Positions 47,861-60,753 of a stretch of 64,000 bases of DNA are shown here, piece by piece. This DNA is from Parasitella parasitica NRRL 2501 (Eukaryota > Fungi > Mucoromycota). The translations under genes were made by a program, and so were the position numbers. The stretch covers positions 248,001-312,000 of the forward strand of contig MU619251.1 in assembly GCA_025201805.1 (NCBI GenBank). The letters run 5' to 3'. Positions within the stretch are counted from its first letter, which is position 1; the number at the start of each line of letters is the position of its first letter. Under the pieces are notes generated by a model, which made no database searches, was not told where the DNA came from, and was given only the letters and a program-made list of their open reading frames with translations.

Positions 47861-49355
47861 TAATTTTTTTTTTCATGATTTATATGCATTTAGCCAAGAT
47901 ACTATATTCGCAAAATCCAAAATAAGGTCCAGATAAGAAAAGTGGAGAAAGATCGATCGAATGTATATATTTATATAAACCGTTCATGCCATGATAACAA
48001 CTTGCACCTGGATATTGCTCGTCTGTACATTCCCAGTGTGGTTTCAATCCTTTTAGGAATAAAATCGTACATTTGGTTGTTTTAGGCCAAAAAAATGTCC
48101 AGTTTTCCAAAAAAAGAATTACTCCTTTCAAAACAGAAGAAAATGGTTATATGATACGGGGTACACATAGCGCATCTTTAGCAAAAAAGAAACCATTCCG
48201 ACACCTTGTTTCAGGCAAGCCATGTTGCGGAATTAGCCTGTATTTCAAGGATATTTCAAGCCTTTATTCTCGCAAAGGGTTTATTAGATATTAATATAAT
48301 GATTATGAATGATTCCTTCCCCCCCCCCCCTCTCCTTCATTTACTAGTTCTCCTGTTCTAACAGCTCAGCAAATTATTTGTTTGTAAATTTTGCATCGGC
48401 AAAAAGTTGATTTTTCTTGAAATAGTAAAAATTGTTTTCGCTTACTGTGTTACATTACAATGTCAAGTTTAAAGTTTGATCGAGGTTTTTAAAGCATGTA
48501 CATGTAATGTATAGTGAACTCATTTCCTCACTGACCGACTCTGACGATGTCCTTATTTTGGGCTTCGCTAAAGGGGTATAAGCGATGAATCTTTCTTCCC
48601 TTCCCCCACTTGCACAATTTGTAATCAACGTTCTTGATCCAATGTAATGTAGATGTTTCGATTCACATCATGTTACGGGGAAGCTGGGTGTAAAGGAGAT
48701 CTTGTTTATCTTTGTTAAACTATCTCTCACATGCGATGCTAAATTACTGATGTTTCTCGCAACAATATAGATATAGTACAATGGATCGACCCCTAGGCTT
48801 TGCCTAGAGTACAATTGTTGGTTTTTTTTCTGGTGACAACAGGTTGCACTCAAGGTTCTACATCTATAATACAGATTCATATAAACAGCAAAGAAATTGT
48901 CAAAATACTTTACCATGTGAGCATTTTCGTTATATTAACTTGCCAACGTCATAGATGGTCGTTGTAATAATAACAACCCTAGTTTTGACGTCGACCAAGA
49001 TAGTGTTTTCAGGGATGATTCTATGGAAATTATATCTGTATGTGGAAAATGCTCCCTTCTGTATCCCCCTTACGTGTTATTGTAAATTATCTTTTCTCGT
49101 CTTTTGTAGCAGTAATTTTTCAGTAAGCAAGGTAGCATAAAGCTGCAGTTTTCGAGTATTCTTTGCAGTTTTGAGATTTCTCGCAGCAGTATGATTTGTC
49201 TATTGAATTTCCATAATGTGTTCAGGTCGGCCCCAAAAGGTAAATATAATTGATCTCTTTACTAAATGTTTATTAAATCATATATATTACATACAGAGAA
49301 CTAGGTGAGAAGATATACATAGATTGTACGAGCGTGTGGTTATAAAATCAAACCA

Positions 49356-49410
49356 TAATAATAATAATAATAATGGTAGTGATAATGATAATGATAGTGA
49401 TAATGATAAT
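49356..49410. repeat. AAT/GAT trinucleotide-type simple repeat in the LONRF 3' region
   Basis: ataataataataa..gataatgataatgatagtgataatgataat seen directly. Confidence 0.8.
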
Positions 49411-49509
49411 AAAAGAAGAATCTTTCATAAAGGTATAAATAATAAATTAAATGTTCAATGATGGGAAGGGGATATGAATGGCATATAAAAAGGGGCATAA
49501 ATAAAGTAG

Positions 49510-51177
49510 TTATCGCAACTGCTGGTACTGGTGCTGCTGATGTTGTGCCCTGTCAAACCAATGATATACTGTCAGTAGCCTTTCTCGCAGTGTTGATATA
49601 CCAAGTAAGCAAATTTTTTCTTGCTGGTCTAAAGGCAATACGTTTGCAATCCACCACACAATTGTTTCTTGATCAGATTGCTGTAAATGCCAATCGTATT
49701 GCATGATCCAAGCATGGTTTGCTGTGCTGGATAGGTACTGTACAAGCCGTGGATGAATCTCCTGATTAAAGAAAAGATTGATATTGGGAGGAGTACACGA
49801 TGTTACTATGGGCGATTTCTTGGGCGGTTTAAAATAGTGGTGAGTAATGGTTGTGCCAAGTGATTGAGGTGGTGGAGAGGGTGGTTTTATTCCTCCAAAG
49901 TGCATTGTCGATGCCCATGTTTTCCTATTCATTAAGCCAGGTATGTTGTTAAACGAAGGAATATGGTTTGGCGCAGAACTCGACAACCGCATTGAACATG
50001 GTCTCGGTCTAGCCATCTGCTTGTTATTGTTCGCAGTGACTGAGCTGCTGCTAGTAGATATTGGTCGAGTCATTGCGGTAGATGCTGCTGTTGCGTTATT
50101 CAGAGTTGGCATAGTCCAGCGTTTTCTCTCCACTGGCAAACCAAAATCAAAATCATCACTGTGATTGATATCATCGAAGCGGGTTATATTGCCCACATAT
50201 AGTCCTTCTTGGTCAATGATCAAATTACTTATTTTCAGTCGAAATAGACCGAACGCTTGTACAACAGAATGTCGAATATCTGCCGAGTACTCAACATGGC
50301 TCACCTGCAGCATGATGCCGTAATCGTAAAAGTTGTTTGGGCTACTGTCTTTGGTGAAAACACATATAGCATAGTGTTTTTGGTGTGGTCTGGTAGTCAT
50401 TTCCTGGAGTAGCGAGCTTTTATCGTTTGTGACATTAATGTGAAATAGACAATACTGGTTAGGAAATGCAACAGCTGAAGACACTTGGATTAGCGGTGTG
50501 TGCTGCTGTAAATTCATCGTTGACACTGTAAAATCATTGCTATCAACATTATTATAGATATAGTCGATCCAGCCAGAGACAATTTGGTTTACTTTTCCAA
50601 TTCGGATCAGCTCATGTCTGCAAAATGGACATGATCTAGTCTTCATATCGGTCATAGTGCGAAGCAAGCATTCTTTGCAAAATGTATGTCCACACTGTGT
50701 TGTGATTGGATTCGATAATGGCAAAAAACAAATAGAGCAATCCAACGATTGCTTGATGTAATCGATATCTTGTAGATTGTTCATGATATTTTCGAGAAGG
50801 ATGTTGGGTCTATAATCGTTGTTATGCTCGCGGAGACATGAAAATGAAATGCATTGGTAAGGTTCGTTTGACGGTAGACAGTCGTAGCAGGATGTAAATC
50901 CGCATGAAAGTGTTGTTGGTTGCTTGAATGGCTGCAAACATCTCTGGCAATGAGTCAGGGCATTTAGTTGATTTGGTTGCTCTTTTGATGAATATGGAGT
51001 CAAGACATGAGATGATTTGTACTCTTTAATCACCGCTTTACCGACATTTAGGTTGTTCCCATGGTTATTATTGTTGCCAACTAAAAAAAAAAATTAATTG
51101 AATATTTTCCAGAAACAGTAAATATTTTGTCTACCAGTAAAAGCACTGTGAAAGGAATTCTCCCAATCAATTTGCAT
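49510..51177 (-). CDS. LON peptidase N-terminal domain and RING finger protein (LONRF-like E3 ligase)
   Basis: Exon 1 MQIDWENSFHSAFT (51177-51135), then exon 2 from 51080. Degenerate RING CQRC..CGFTSCYDC, C3HC4 RING CSIC..CGHTFCKEC..CPFCR, and LON substrate-binding domain (AFPNQ..DYGIML..GLFRLKI; WWIANVLPL..LRERL). Confidence 0.88.
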
Positions 51178-51475
51178 AAATAATATTAGATGTAATAAAG
51201 TACGAATATATAAATATCTAAAAAAAGAGAGATAAAGAGAGATAAGTAGAGAAAGAGGGGGGGGGGGATTTGTATGAAGAAAAGGAAGAAGAAAAATAGC
51301 AGAAAATGCTTTGATCCTTTTTATAATATATTTTGTCAAACCATGGTCCTCCGAAAGATCTTCGATCGATTTGTGCATTTTTTTTATTTTTCTGATCAAA
51401 TCAGACGAATGAAAAATTTGAAAAGGCTTTTCAAAAAACAATGAATGCAAATTATGCATTGAAATTTTATTTACA

Positions 51476-53002
51476 TTATTTACCCATAGATTCCAGATAA
51501 TCTAATAAGCCCATCACTTGCACTGATTTGCCAGTGTAAACAGGGTGTAGTTGTCTCTCGATATAACTCGTGAATGTGCTGTGCGGTGTACCCAGAAACG
51601 TATGCCCATGAGCAGAAATCATGGCATCCACCATAGGGATTAAATAAGACTCCAGCTTTACCCGTTCCTCAACGACCTGTAATCTCTTGATGTCGTCCAG
51701 TTCATTGACAAAGTCTGACAGGGTAAATATACAGGGAAAAACTCGAAATAACTTGCGTAGCAGAGGATGATTCCGTGGATCCGGCGCATCAGTGGCAAGA
51801 TAAACTACAGTATTTCGGAATCTATGGGTAATGTGATCTCCAGGTTGACATTTGAGGTGTGAGGCAATGTTTGGATTCGTATCTACCACAGTATCCGGAT
51901 TGTGATGTATCTCGATAGGTTTTGTATAGTTTGTTTCATCGATCGGATGAAAACTTCGAAGTTTGATCTCATACTCTGTTGATTCACTTCGATCCAAATC
52001 ATGTTGTTCCACGCCACCTTCATATTCAGCAACCTGGTCTACAGTCAAATCGGTAAACCTGTCTACTAGTTCGTGGTAGATATCATCAACTAAAATCGAA
52101 GCTCTCAGCTTAAAAATACCGTCGCCGACACGGACATGCAAACCAACAAAATTGTTGGCTCCACCCAGCTGTTGCACAATCCTCTCTGCTGCACCAAATA
52201 ATACGGGATTGTTAAATATCATTTTTGATCGGATATGGCGCAGGAGGTCTGCATGCTGCTCAGTCTCTGCCAGAATTCTGTATGAACCAAACATGGAACC
52301 AAAATGCAAGACGCGATGTGGAATATTTTCAAGCGTCACCAAATCGATACGGTAATTGAATCGATCAAGCGGTAAATCTGTGGATCTGTCATCGTGGATC
52401 TGGTATTCGTAGGGCGACATGTCCTTGAAAAAATACACATCTTGCTCCGTCAAACTGAACGTCCTGTAAAGCCACTGATAATCCAATCCAGGTCTGAAAA
52501 TAACAGGCACTTGCTTTTTGATAGACTTCAAGTCGTAAAAGAAAGACCAGGGTATATTTGTCCAGCGAAAGTTGTTGAGACATTCGCTAGGCAACGGTAA
52601 TCCAGCTGCATCCAATTCCACGCAATGATCCAGACCATTCTTGGTTTGAATTAAGAGTCGTTCATGTAATTTCTCGTATCGCAACCACGGCATGGCTGGG
52701 CTGGCCAAATAAACAGGCGGTACCAGCAGTGTTCTGTTTAAATAAGATGCAAGCAGCAGTGCATTCTCCAATTCAATTCGCTGGTTGTGGAATCCAGAGT
52801 GAGGTAGGTATGATAGAAACTTTTCGTTTTTGGTGGGCTGATGTAATGAAAAGGGTTTTGGAAATTCGACTGGGATGGCTTCTTGGTTCTCTCTAGTCAT
52901 TGGCCCTTTTGCATGCAATTTAATATTGTATTGGAAATAAACCACACAAGAGATAAAGAATAGTAAGACTAGACTTATTACTGTGTTGCCTCTTCTCTTC
53001 AT
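51476..53002 (-). CDS. GDP-fucose protein O-fucosyltransferase-family glycosyltransferase (CigA-like), type II membrane protein
   Basis: N-terminal TM, YLPHSGFHNQRIELENALLLASYLNRTLLVPP, GLHVRVGDG, VYLATD, FLGTPHSTF. Confidence 0.85.
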   Translation of the reverse strand: MKRRGNTVISLVLLFFISCVVYFQYNIKLHAKGPMTRENQEAIPVEFPKPFSLHQPTKNEKFLSYLPHSGFHNQRIELENALLLASYLNRTLLVPPVYLASPAMPWLRYEKLHERLLIQTKNGLDHCVELDAAGLPLPSECLNNFRWTNIPWSFFYDLKSIKKQVPVIFRPGLDYQWLYRTFSLTEQDVYFFKDMSPYEYQIHDDRSTDLPLDRFNYRIDLVTLENIPHRVLHFGSMFGSYRILAETEQHADLLRHIRSKMIFNNPVLFGAAERIVQQLGGANNFVGLHVRVGDGIFKLRASILVDDIYHELVDRFTDLTVDQVAEYEGGVEQHDLDRSESTEYEIKLRSFHPIDETNYTKPIEIHHNPDTVVDTNPNIASHLKCQPGDHITHRFRNTVVYLATDAPDPRNHPLLRKLFRVFPCIFTLSDFVNELDDIKRLQVVEERVKLESYLIPMVDAMISAHGHTFLGTPHSTFTSYIERQLHPVYTGKSVQVMGLLDYLESMGK

Positions 53003-53560
53003 TTTTTTTAGTTAAGCTATGGGAAGAAGAAGAGCAAAAGAAAAGCAAAGACTTAAATAATGATATAATTAACAAAGGTGGTACGATTATTAAAAAAAAA
53101 AGATCGCCAATTTTTACCAAAAGCTTATTAATAAATGTAGATTGCAATATACTATCCGAATAAAGACTGAACTCGTCTCTTTATAGATCCTGATATCAAT
53201 CTTTTATATTTATAATTTAATATAGCCCCACAAAAAAAATTTTTTTCTTGATAACCAGACAACGGTATGAATGTCATCTTTATATCACAAAGGGGCGGAA
53301 AAAAAACAACATTTCTTAATTTATGTAACAGAAAAAAAATCTCTCTCTCCTTTTCTAAATCGAAATCGTCTATTGAGATTGTCTCCTTTTGTAATCAGTG
53401 AAAATGTATTCAAGTAGTTTAATTATTCCAAAAGACAACATTTGAAAAAAAAAAAAAAAAAAGTGCTAAATGACTAATAAATGAGAAGACAACGTTCAAG
53501 AAAGATCTTTTCACTAAGCAGTCATTTTATACTAATCGTACTCGACCACTTGCTCCCAAA

Positions 53561-53587
53561 TACTCGCACTCGCACTCGCACTCGCAC
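53561..53587. repeat. (ACTCGC)4 hexamer repeat upstream of the FYR gene
   Basis: tactcgcactcgcactcgcactcgcac seen directly. Confidence 0.85.
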
Positions 53588-53682
53588 GACACAAGAGGTT
53601 CCTTCTGTTCATATAGCTTTCACACACTTTTTTTTATTCACTTTTTTTTATTTTATTTTTCTTCTTCTTTTTTCCTGCTTAA

Positions 53683-55187
53683 ATGACTAATCCATCCCCA
53701 CAACATTCAATGATATCGAATAATAACAAGAATCTAGGTACAATTGCAAGGAAGCCACCTGTCACATCGCCGTCTAACAGCAATGATAATGAACCAACAG
53801 AAGACACATACAAGCAATTAAAACGGAAAATCAAAGAGATTACAGAACTGAACGTTGCTATGAGTCGAGATTACTTTCATGCAAAAAGGAAAATTCGTAC
53901 ATTAACATTTGAGAGAAAGTAAATTGTTTAGATTGAATTTCTGCTTGTATGTATTATATTGATAAGCATGTCTGTAGTTTGCTACTTGATAACATTGGCC
54001 GTATGGAATCTTCATCAAATTTAACAGACGATAGTGATAGTGATATCTGTAGCGATTTATCAGGTTCGGATGATGATATTGATAGCAGCAGTAAGTTAAA
54101 AATAGTAACTGGCCACATAATCTGTATATTGATCCTCAAGCGGCATTTTGCAGCAGTAACATCATCCAGAGCTATCACAACCACCACAAAACCATCATTC
54201 TCATCCGCAAAAACATTAAAGAAGTTGATAAATAAACCTGTCACCACCTCCTCCATCGCCGCCAGCAGCAGCGGCAATAGCGCCTATCATGCAACATATG
54301 CGAGTGACACTGCAAACCTACCAACCATCAGCAGTACATCTCCTCATCCTCCTCCTCACAAAAGATCCAAACTAACTCCCCAATCAGTGAAAACGCGTCG
54401 GGTTCAACCAATTGAAAGGGATGCTCAAGGTCATCCCAAACTGCCTCAGCAAATTGGTGTTTTAACAGTACATCACCTAGGTAAAATTGTAACCGACAGA
54501 CCTAATTACCACAATGAACGATACATTTTCCCAGTAGGATATGCTGTTAGCAGGTTTGTTTCAACAAGCCCCGACTAGAAAAAGAAATACTAAATGAACA
54601 ACAGAACATATCCTAGTATGGTGGATCCCAATAGCAATACTGTTATAACATCATCCATCATTGACGGAGGAGATTACCCTCGATTCCAGGTAGTAGCTGC
54701 TGACATGCCACATGAGCCTATTGTGGCCAATTCCGCAACAGGTGCTTGGACTGTAGTGGTTCGTCGCTCTAATGAAATTCGTCATAGAGAGCACTCTAAT
54801 TCGGCATCAGGCCCAGATTATTATGGATTTAAGCACCCCACCATAGCCAAACTGATTCAAGATTTACCAGGTGCAAAGAATTTGAAGCATTACGTTTGGC
54901 AAACTTTTGAGGAGATGGAGCCTAGAGCTGCAAAAGGTGTGATGGCTGCTGCTGAGAAAAAGAGAGGAAATTTAGAACAAATGGGAAGTGCAAATCGTAA
55001 AGTACCACCAAATCAACCTTTTTCCTCTTCTTCTTCCTCAAAAATCGCTTCTGAACATCATCGATCTGCTTTTATTTATGAAATAAATGATGCGGAAGAA
55101 GACCAAGTGGCAAGAGCACCAGCAGAAACAGATGATGAAGAAGAAGTTGATGAATTAGCTGCTAGTGATAAAGAGGAAGACGCATAA
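53683..55187 (+). CDS. FYRN/FYRC domain chromatin protein (TBRG1/NIAM-like)
   Basis: N-terminal coiled coil YKQLKRKIKEI..AKRKIRTLTFER; LTVHHLGKIVTDRPNYHNERYIFPVGY (FYRN); SATGAW..SGPDYYGFKHPTIAKLIQDLPGA (FYRC). Multi-exon. Confidence 0.88.
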
Positions 55188-55379
55188 TTATACAAACATC
55201 TGTTCTTTTTTTTTTTTTTTGTACATATATTATTATATTTTGGGGATTGAGTAATTGCACAACATACATACTGCTTTTAACCCCATTTTTTTAATGCTTG
55301 CTGCTACATTATTTCTGATTTTAATAATGGTATGTTTGGATTTTTGTGCCTGAATGGCAGTTGCATGATACTTTAGAAA

Positions 55380-57526
55380 ATTAAAACCACAAATGTACAT
55401 TAATATTGATGTCCAATCATATTCATGCAGAATATAGAGAAATCGCCCAATAATGTTTATGCAAAGTATTGTCCAATAAGATCTGTTTAATTTTTACCCC
55501 ACCTCAACAGCATATAAAAACTCATTGCAGAATTCCCGAATAGCTAAACTCTTTTTTCTTCGCAAGTAGGAATAACATCTGACTGAATCAATAGTAATAA
55601 TTCATTGGAGAGAAACAAATATTTCTGTGCTTCTTTGCAAACTTAGCGTGATCAGTACTTTGTGTTTCCAAGATACGTTTTGAGATAGCAGGAATAAGAA
55701 CATCTTGAACGAATCTATTGCGTTCATTTATGATCTCATCAGCCATTTCAGAACTAGGAGTTGAATCGATCTTTGAATAGTCAGCGAATAGGTTGAAATA
55801 CATGTTGACATATTAACCCAGTGATACTAATACCTAGTTTGGATAATATACACTATGCATTCCAAACAGCACATGTTGCATTTTCCTCAGAATAAAATAA
55901 AAAACATTTCAAACAGATAATGTTTAATAAATTTATTTTTTTCCAAGTTCAAAGATACCGTGCCTATACGATGTGCAAAGGTTATTTGATGAGCCAATTG
56001 TACAAAGTTATCTTCTTTAGTATTAGGCGCAACTGTAGTGAGAACAGTTCCTCCTTAAAATGTAAAAAGCTCTTCACAGTAACTCAACTAAATGTAGCGC
56101 CCATATCTACTGGGCCGAAACATACTATATCACATCAACCGGAGCACATTTAGATTTCTTAAGCTCAGCTGAGGCTTCCACGTTAGCAGTTTGAGATAGA
56201 CCATGTTTTTTCTTAGAACTACCATTATGTCGATTGTCTACAGACAATTCAATGCGACGGGCAACAGAGCAAACAAATTCAACATCATAGAAGGATGCTT
56301 CGTTCGATCGCCCCATAGCAACAATCATCAGATGACTAAATTCCGTAGAAAAGGCATCAAAGAAAACTTTGGCAATAATATACTTGTCAGATACCTTCGA
56401 ACGAACCTTAAGGCCTTGAAGCGTTCATAGAAAGCATCAACAGTTTCAAATTCCTACTTAGTAGTGTACAGACGAGGCATTCCGTAACAAGCGATGAAAG
56501 CAGTTTTGAGAACAGGCCTTGACATCGATGAACCCTTCACATTAATGATTCCGTTGAGCCAATCCCGAAGGTCATTGCTCAAGCAAGGAGGCAAGAGACG
56601 AGCCCAGTTAGCGTCGAGACCCAGATTATGGCTATTGAGAACATCCTCGAAATGGCGGATGCATTCTTCCACATCAGCAAAAGATTCTCTCTTGGAATCC
56701 CGTATACACCCAGTCGACTGAAACAAAGGAAGACCATGAGGAACGATTGATCCAGGGGACTAGCCAGTAGAGTTAGCTGAACTAGCAACAGCAACAGAAG
56801 GAGGAGGAGAAACCATTGAAATAACTTCAAGCAATCGCTGAAGATCAGCTTTCTTTTCGGCCAAACGTGCAACCAGCGGATCAATTTCTTCTCTTGAAGC
56901 ATTTCCAGCAGTACCAATATGAATAGCGAGCTTAGAACCTTTAGCCCGAAGACGTTGAACAGCCTCTTCAACAGTAGAGACAGAGGAAGAATTTTCAGCG
57001 ACATCAACATCCATTTCAACCACAGTAGGATCCGAATGTTGAGAAACAACAGAGGCAGTTTCCAGATTGACTGTATTAAAGGAAACAGATGGAGGAGGCA
57101 GAGACAAACATCCAACTGTGGAAGTAGCAGGAAAGTAAAAATCTTAGAAAATATTGTGCTCATTCGCAAGACCTGGCACAACAAATAATCACACATATCA
57201 CATATTTGCTCGTAACTTCTGCTAAAATGACCGTAGAACCGAGATCTAACTCGGAAAACTTAGCGTTGATTTGGCGCTATCTGGTAACAACATTTTCATC
57301 CAAAAAATTTCAGCTGATAACACTAACTTTCATATGAAAATTGCATATAATTGCAGATTGATTTCGATAAAGAGCAAAATTAAACATTTCTTATGCGCCC
57401 TGAAAACAAGCATGATTGTCGCTTTCTGATGAGCATAACTTGGTTTCCACTAGGTGATGTGTCTATGGTTGGCGACTGTTCTTGGTGAGGCTGTTCCTCT
57501 GGCGTCACTGATTGTACTATATAACA
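55380..57526 (-). mobile_element. Degenerate Ty3/Gypsy-like LTR retrotransposon relic (gag, aspartic protease, possible RNase H fragment)
   Basis: Gag-like FADVEECIRHFEDVLNSHNLGLDANWARLLPPCLS (56454-56726). Protease-like PVDMGATFS..RIGT..HYLFEM..LSKLGISITGL (~55830-56115). IIGRFLYILHEYDW (~55410-55460) resembles the RNase H C-terminus. Many stops and frameshifts. Possible LTR TG..CA at 57526-57315 (weak). Confidence 0.7.
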
Positions 57527-58792
57527 GCAGCAGAAAGTAGAATGACTCAAGATTTTTTGCTATGAAAATGGCAAAAAGTGAGATTGAATTTACTTGTCCC
57601 TTCCATTACACAAATGGCTGGTCTTGCAGTGATTTTTTGAAAAGTGCGACAGATTATGCATTTTCGAATAGCATTCCTGTAATAATAGAAAAAAAAAGCT
57701 TGTAGCATGTGCCTCGTTTTCTTCAAAGTGTACAAAAAGCTTTCAACCAAAGTTTTAGCGACATGAAGAGGTGTGTATTTTGCAAAATTTCATAGAATGT
57801 AAAAAAAAATGTTACTTTCTTGCAATACTGACCATTTTAATAAGAGCTGACAATCAGGTTTATGACAAGAGTTGCACTTTTGCTATGACAAAGGCAAAGG
57901 CCTTTTCGCGGTTGCCATGGTCGAAAAGATAAAATAAAAGCGAATAATTCTAGTTCCTTCCTCTTGAGAACTACTTATTATTAAAACGAAAATGAACCCC
58001 CCCCCCCACAGAAGTGTTTTATTTTCATTAAAAATCACAATCTAACATGAACAAGAGTTCAGTGCCACGGTGATTAAGAACTCGGCATCTTATCTGATCT
58101 ATTAAGCTACAGCTGTGAGACAACATCATCCCTTGAAAGGAAACATAAACATTTAATTCACTTTTCCACTTAGGAAATGTGTCATAAAACATCAATCATC
58201 AGGTCCTCCAATACTAAGGCCATGCCTGTAAATGAAACATATAAGTAGAAAAGTATAGATAGTTGAACATATTAGAACTAGATTAGAATCTCTCATTCTG
58301 TATTCGTATACTAATATATCGTACCAAGTGTCAAATACTATTCTAAAGATCCTTTTATTAAAATACAGGGAATTCTACAAGAAATGGACCATGACATGAC
58401 TTGGAAGTAATAAGTCTATGTTTTCTATGATTGGAACAACTCTGTTATTGCTTATATAATAGATTCTGGATTCACTGGCATTGAACCAAGTTTAATAATT
58501 ATAAACAATTGTTTTACTCCCATCCCAGAAAGATCTTCTAATTCTGAATGATGTATCAAATATAAAATTAAAAAGCATAACATTACATTTGGGATAATAA
58601 ATACAATCTACCCTATTATCTCCCAGACCTCATCACTAAACCTTTATCTTCTCATTGCTTCCATCAACTCGTAAAAAGTATATAAACCTTCTATTTTGAA
58701 TATAATAACGGATCTTTTACCTGATTAATTTCTGATAAATCACTGAGATTTTAAATATTGAAATGACTTTACTTGAACATTTATTGAAATAG

Positions 58793-60570
58793 TTATTTTT
58801 TTATATCAAATGCTACATTTACATCTGCGTTATTTGTTTCAACAACTAAATCCCCTTTTCCTTTTCCTTTTCTGTAACCACGCTTGAGGTTCTCAAGCTT
58901 TTCTCGATATTCAATATATTGCTCGTTGCTAATACCAACATCGCCATGAGAAGTACTTAGCACAAATGATCCTTCAAATTCTTCGGTCTACGTATATACA
59001 CATGTCGTACGCACACATTAGACTATATAAAATTTACTTTTTGGAGAGTTACTTACCATGTGCAAGTTTATATTCGCATTACTATTGATAACCTTGACTT
59101 GATTGTTCTTTTCTCCAGCAACAGAAAGTGTGACAGGACCGTTTGACGATGTGGCCAGGACTTGAGACTTGGCCTCAATGTAGTCCACTTGGATCTCATT
59201 ATTAGCGTTGGATATAGAGATATCCTCGGCAAACAGTTTAGAAAGCCTGATGAAAGCGTTGGTCGTTTCGACTTTGATGCTATCATCTGCGCGTAATGAA
59301 CCCAATGCTTCAATCATGCCATTCGAGTTCTTTACACTTAAAATTCTCTTGGCATCGATATCTTCTGCAAGGCGCACCAATGCATTGGCATTTTCCAAAT
59401 ATATGGAGCCACCGGATATCAATCTGCCCAACTTCATCTCCCCATTTTGTGTCGACAACTTTAGTGATTCTCCAGTCCAGTGGTCCAAGTTGATCATGCC
59501 GTTGCTAGTCTTAATTTCAACATCGTCAACATCCTTGACAAAAGGTTGCACCTCAATGTCTATATTTTTAACATTGACAAACAATCGATTGGCTGCATAA
59601 GGTAAGCGAACCTGGATGTTGGCACTAATACAGTCCTCGTTTTCGTCCTCAAACTGCTGGGGCATTTGTATAACCAATCTCGTGGATTCGCCATTGTTGT
59701 AATTATGCTGCACCTCAAAAGTCATTTTTTCTTGTAACGATGGTGGGTACACTTGAATGTCACTCAAGATGGCGCCTTCGTGTCGATCTTGTACGGGAAT
59801 GACTGTAACCAGCCCGTTAGAGACACGACCCTCAATCACCAGCTCTATATTGTCAGTAAACTCGATAGTTCCAGGAATGTCATTCCATTGGACAGAGTTA
59901 CTGTTACATCCTTGATGTCCATCGCCGTAGGGAGGAGCAGGAGCGGAAAACCCAAGCTTGTCACTATACATGTAAATGACCAGCCAAAACAAGATGGCTG
60001 CAACAATATACTTGCACCATTTTTTACAGCATCCTGGGTCCTGATAAGCCTGTCTTCTTGTAAATGAAGGGGAAGATGGAGCAGCTGCAGCTTCTTGATC
60101 ATAAGGCTCTGATGTAGATAGTTGCTGATAATCAGAATCTACGTATAAAACGGCTTAGTTCATTTAAAGTGTAAACAAATACGTAAAAGTAGTATTACGG
60201 GAATTCCAATTTCTCTTTGGTGGTGGAGGGGAGCCACTGACATCACTAGCGTTTCTAGGTAAAGATGGTGCCAACAGACCATGTTGTTGTTGTTCAATGC
60301 TATTTCTGACAGATCCATAAGCAGAACTGCTTGTTCCCTCAGTATTTCTGCCCGTGTGGTCAGGGGAATAAGGTGGGGGCGGTACCAAGTCTGCAGAAGT
60401 AGCTTCGTCTGGCTTGTGAAGGATCTGCTGCTGTGGACCATTTCCTGCGCTACCACCAGCAGTGTAATCTTGTAAATTATTTAATACGATGTATGAAAAT
60501 CTTTATTAGATCATGTTAATGGTTTACCAGGTTGGTTATAAAATGATTTTGGGTTAGGGTTATTAGACAT
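58793..60570 (-). CDS. DUF4097 (putative adhesin, beta-solenoid) type II membrane protein with PPxY motif
   Basis: Four exons. VPPPPYSP, GCCKKWCKYIVAAILFWLVIYMY (TM), and repeated IKTSNGMI / LSTQNGEM / VKNSNGMI / VETTNAFI units. Confidence 0.85.
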
Positions 60571-60753
60571 TTGCCATCCACTAGTATGAGAAAGAGAGAG
60601 AGAGGAAAGGGAGAGGAAAAAATAGGGGGAGACTATCAAGTTACACTATTTTATAGATGGAATTAATGCAACCTCCTTGATTATTGTTGATATAAATATA
60701 TGATGTTATGGATGATATGAAAGGTTAGACGCCAATTACCAAATTAGCAGAGC

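Noticed and set aside
48540-49240. Short ORFs and a small hairpin (CTAGGC-TTT-GCCTAG, ~48793-48807) downstream of the Fanzor relic
   Set aside because: No recognisable transposase or other motif, so they cannot be tied to the element by eye.
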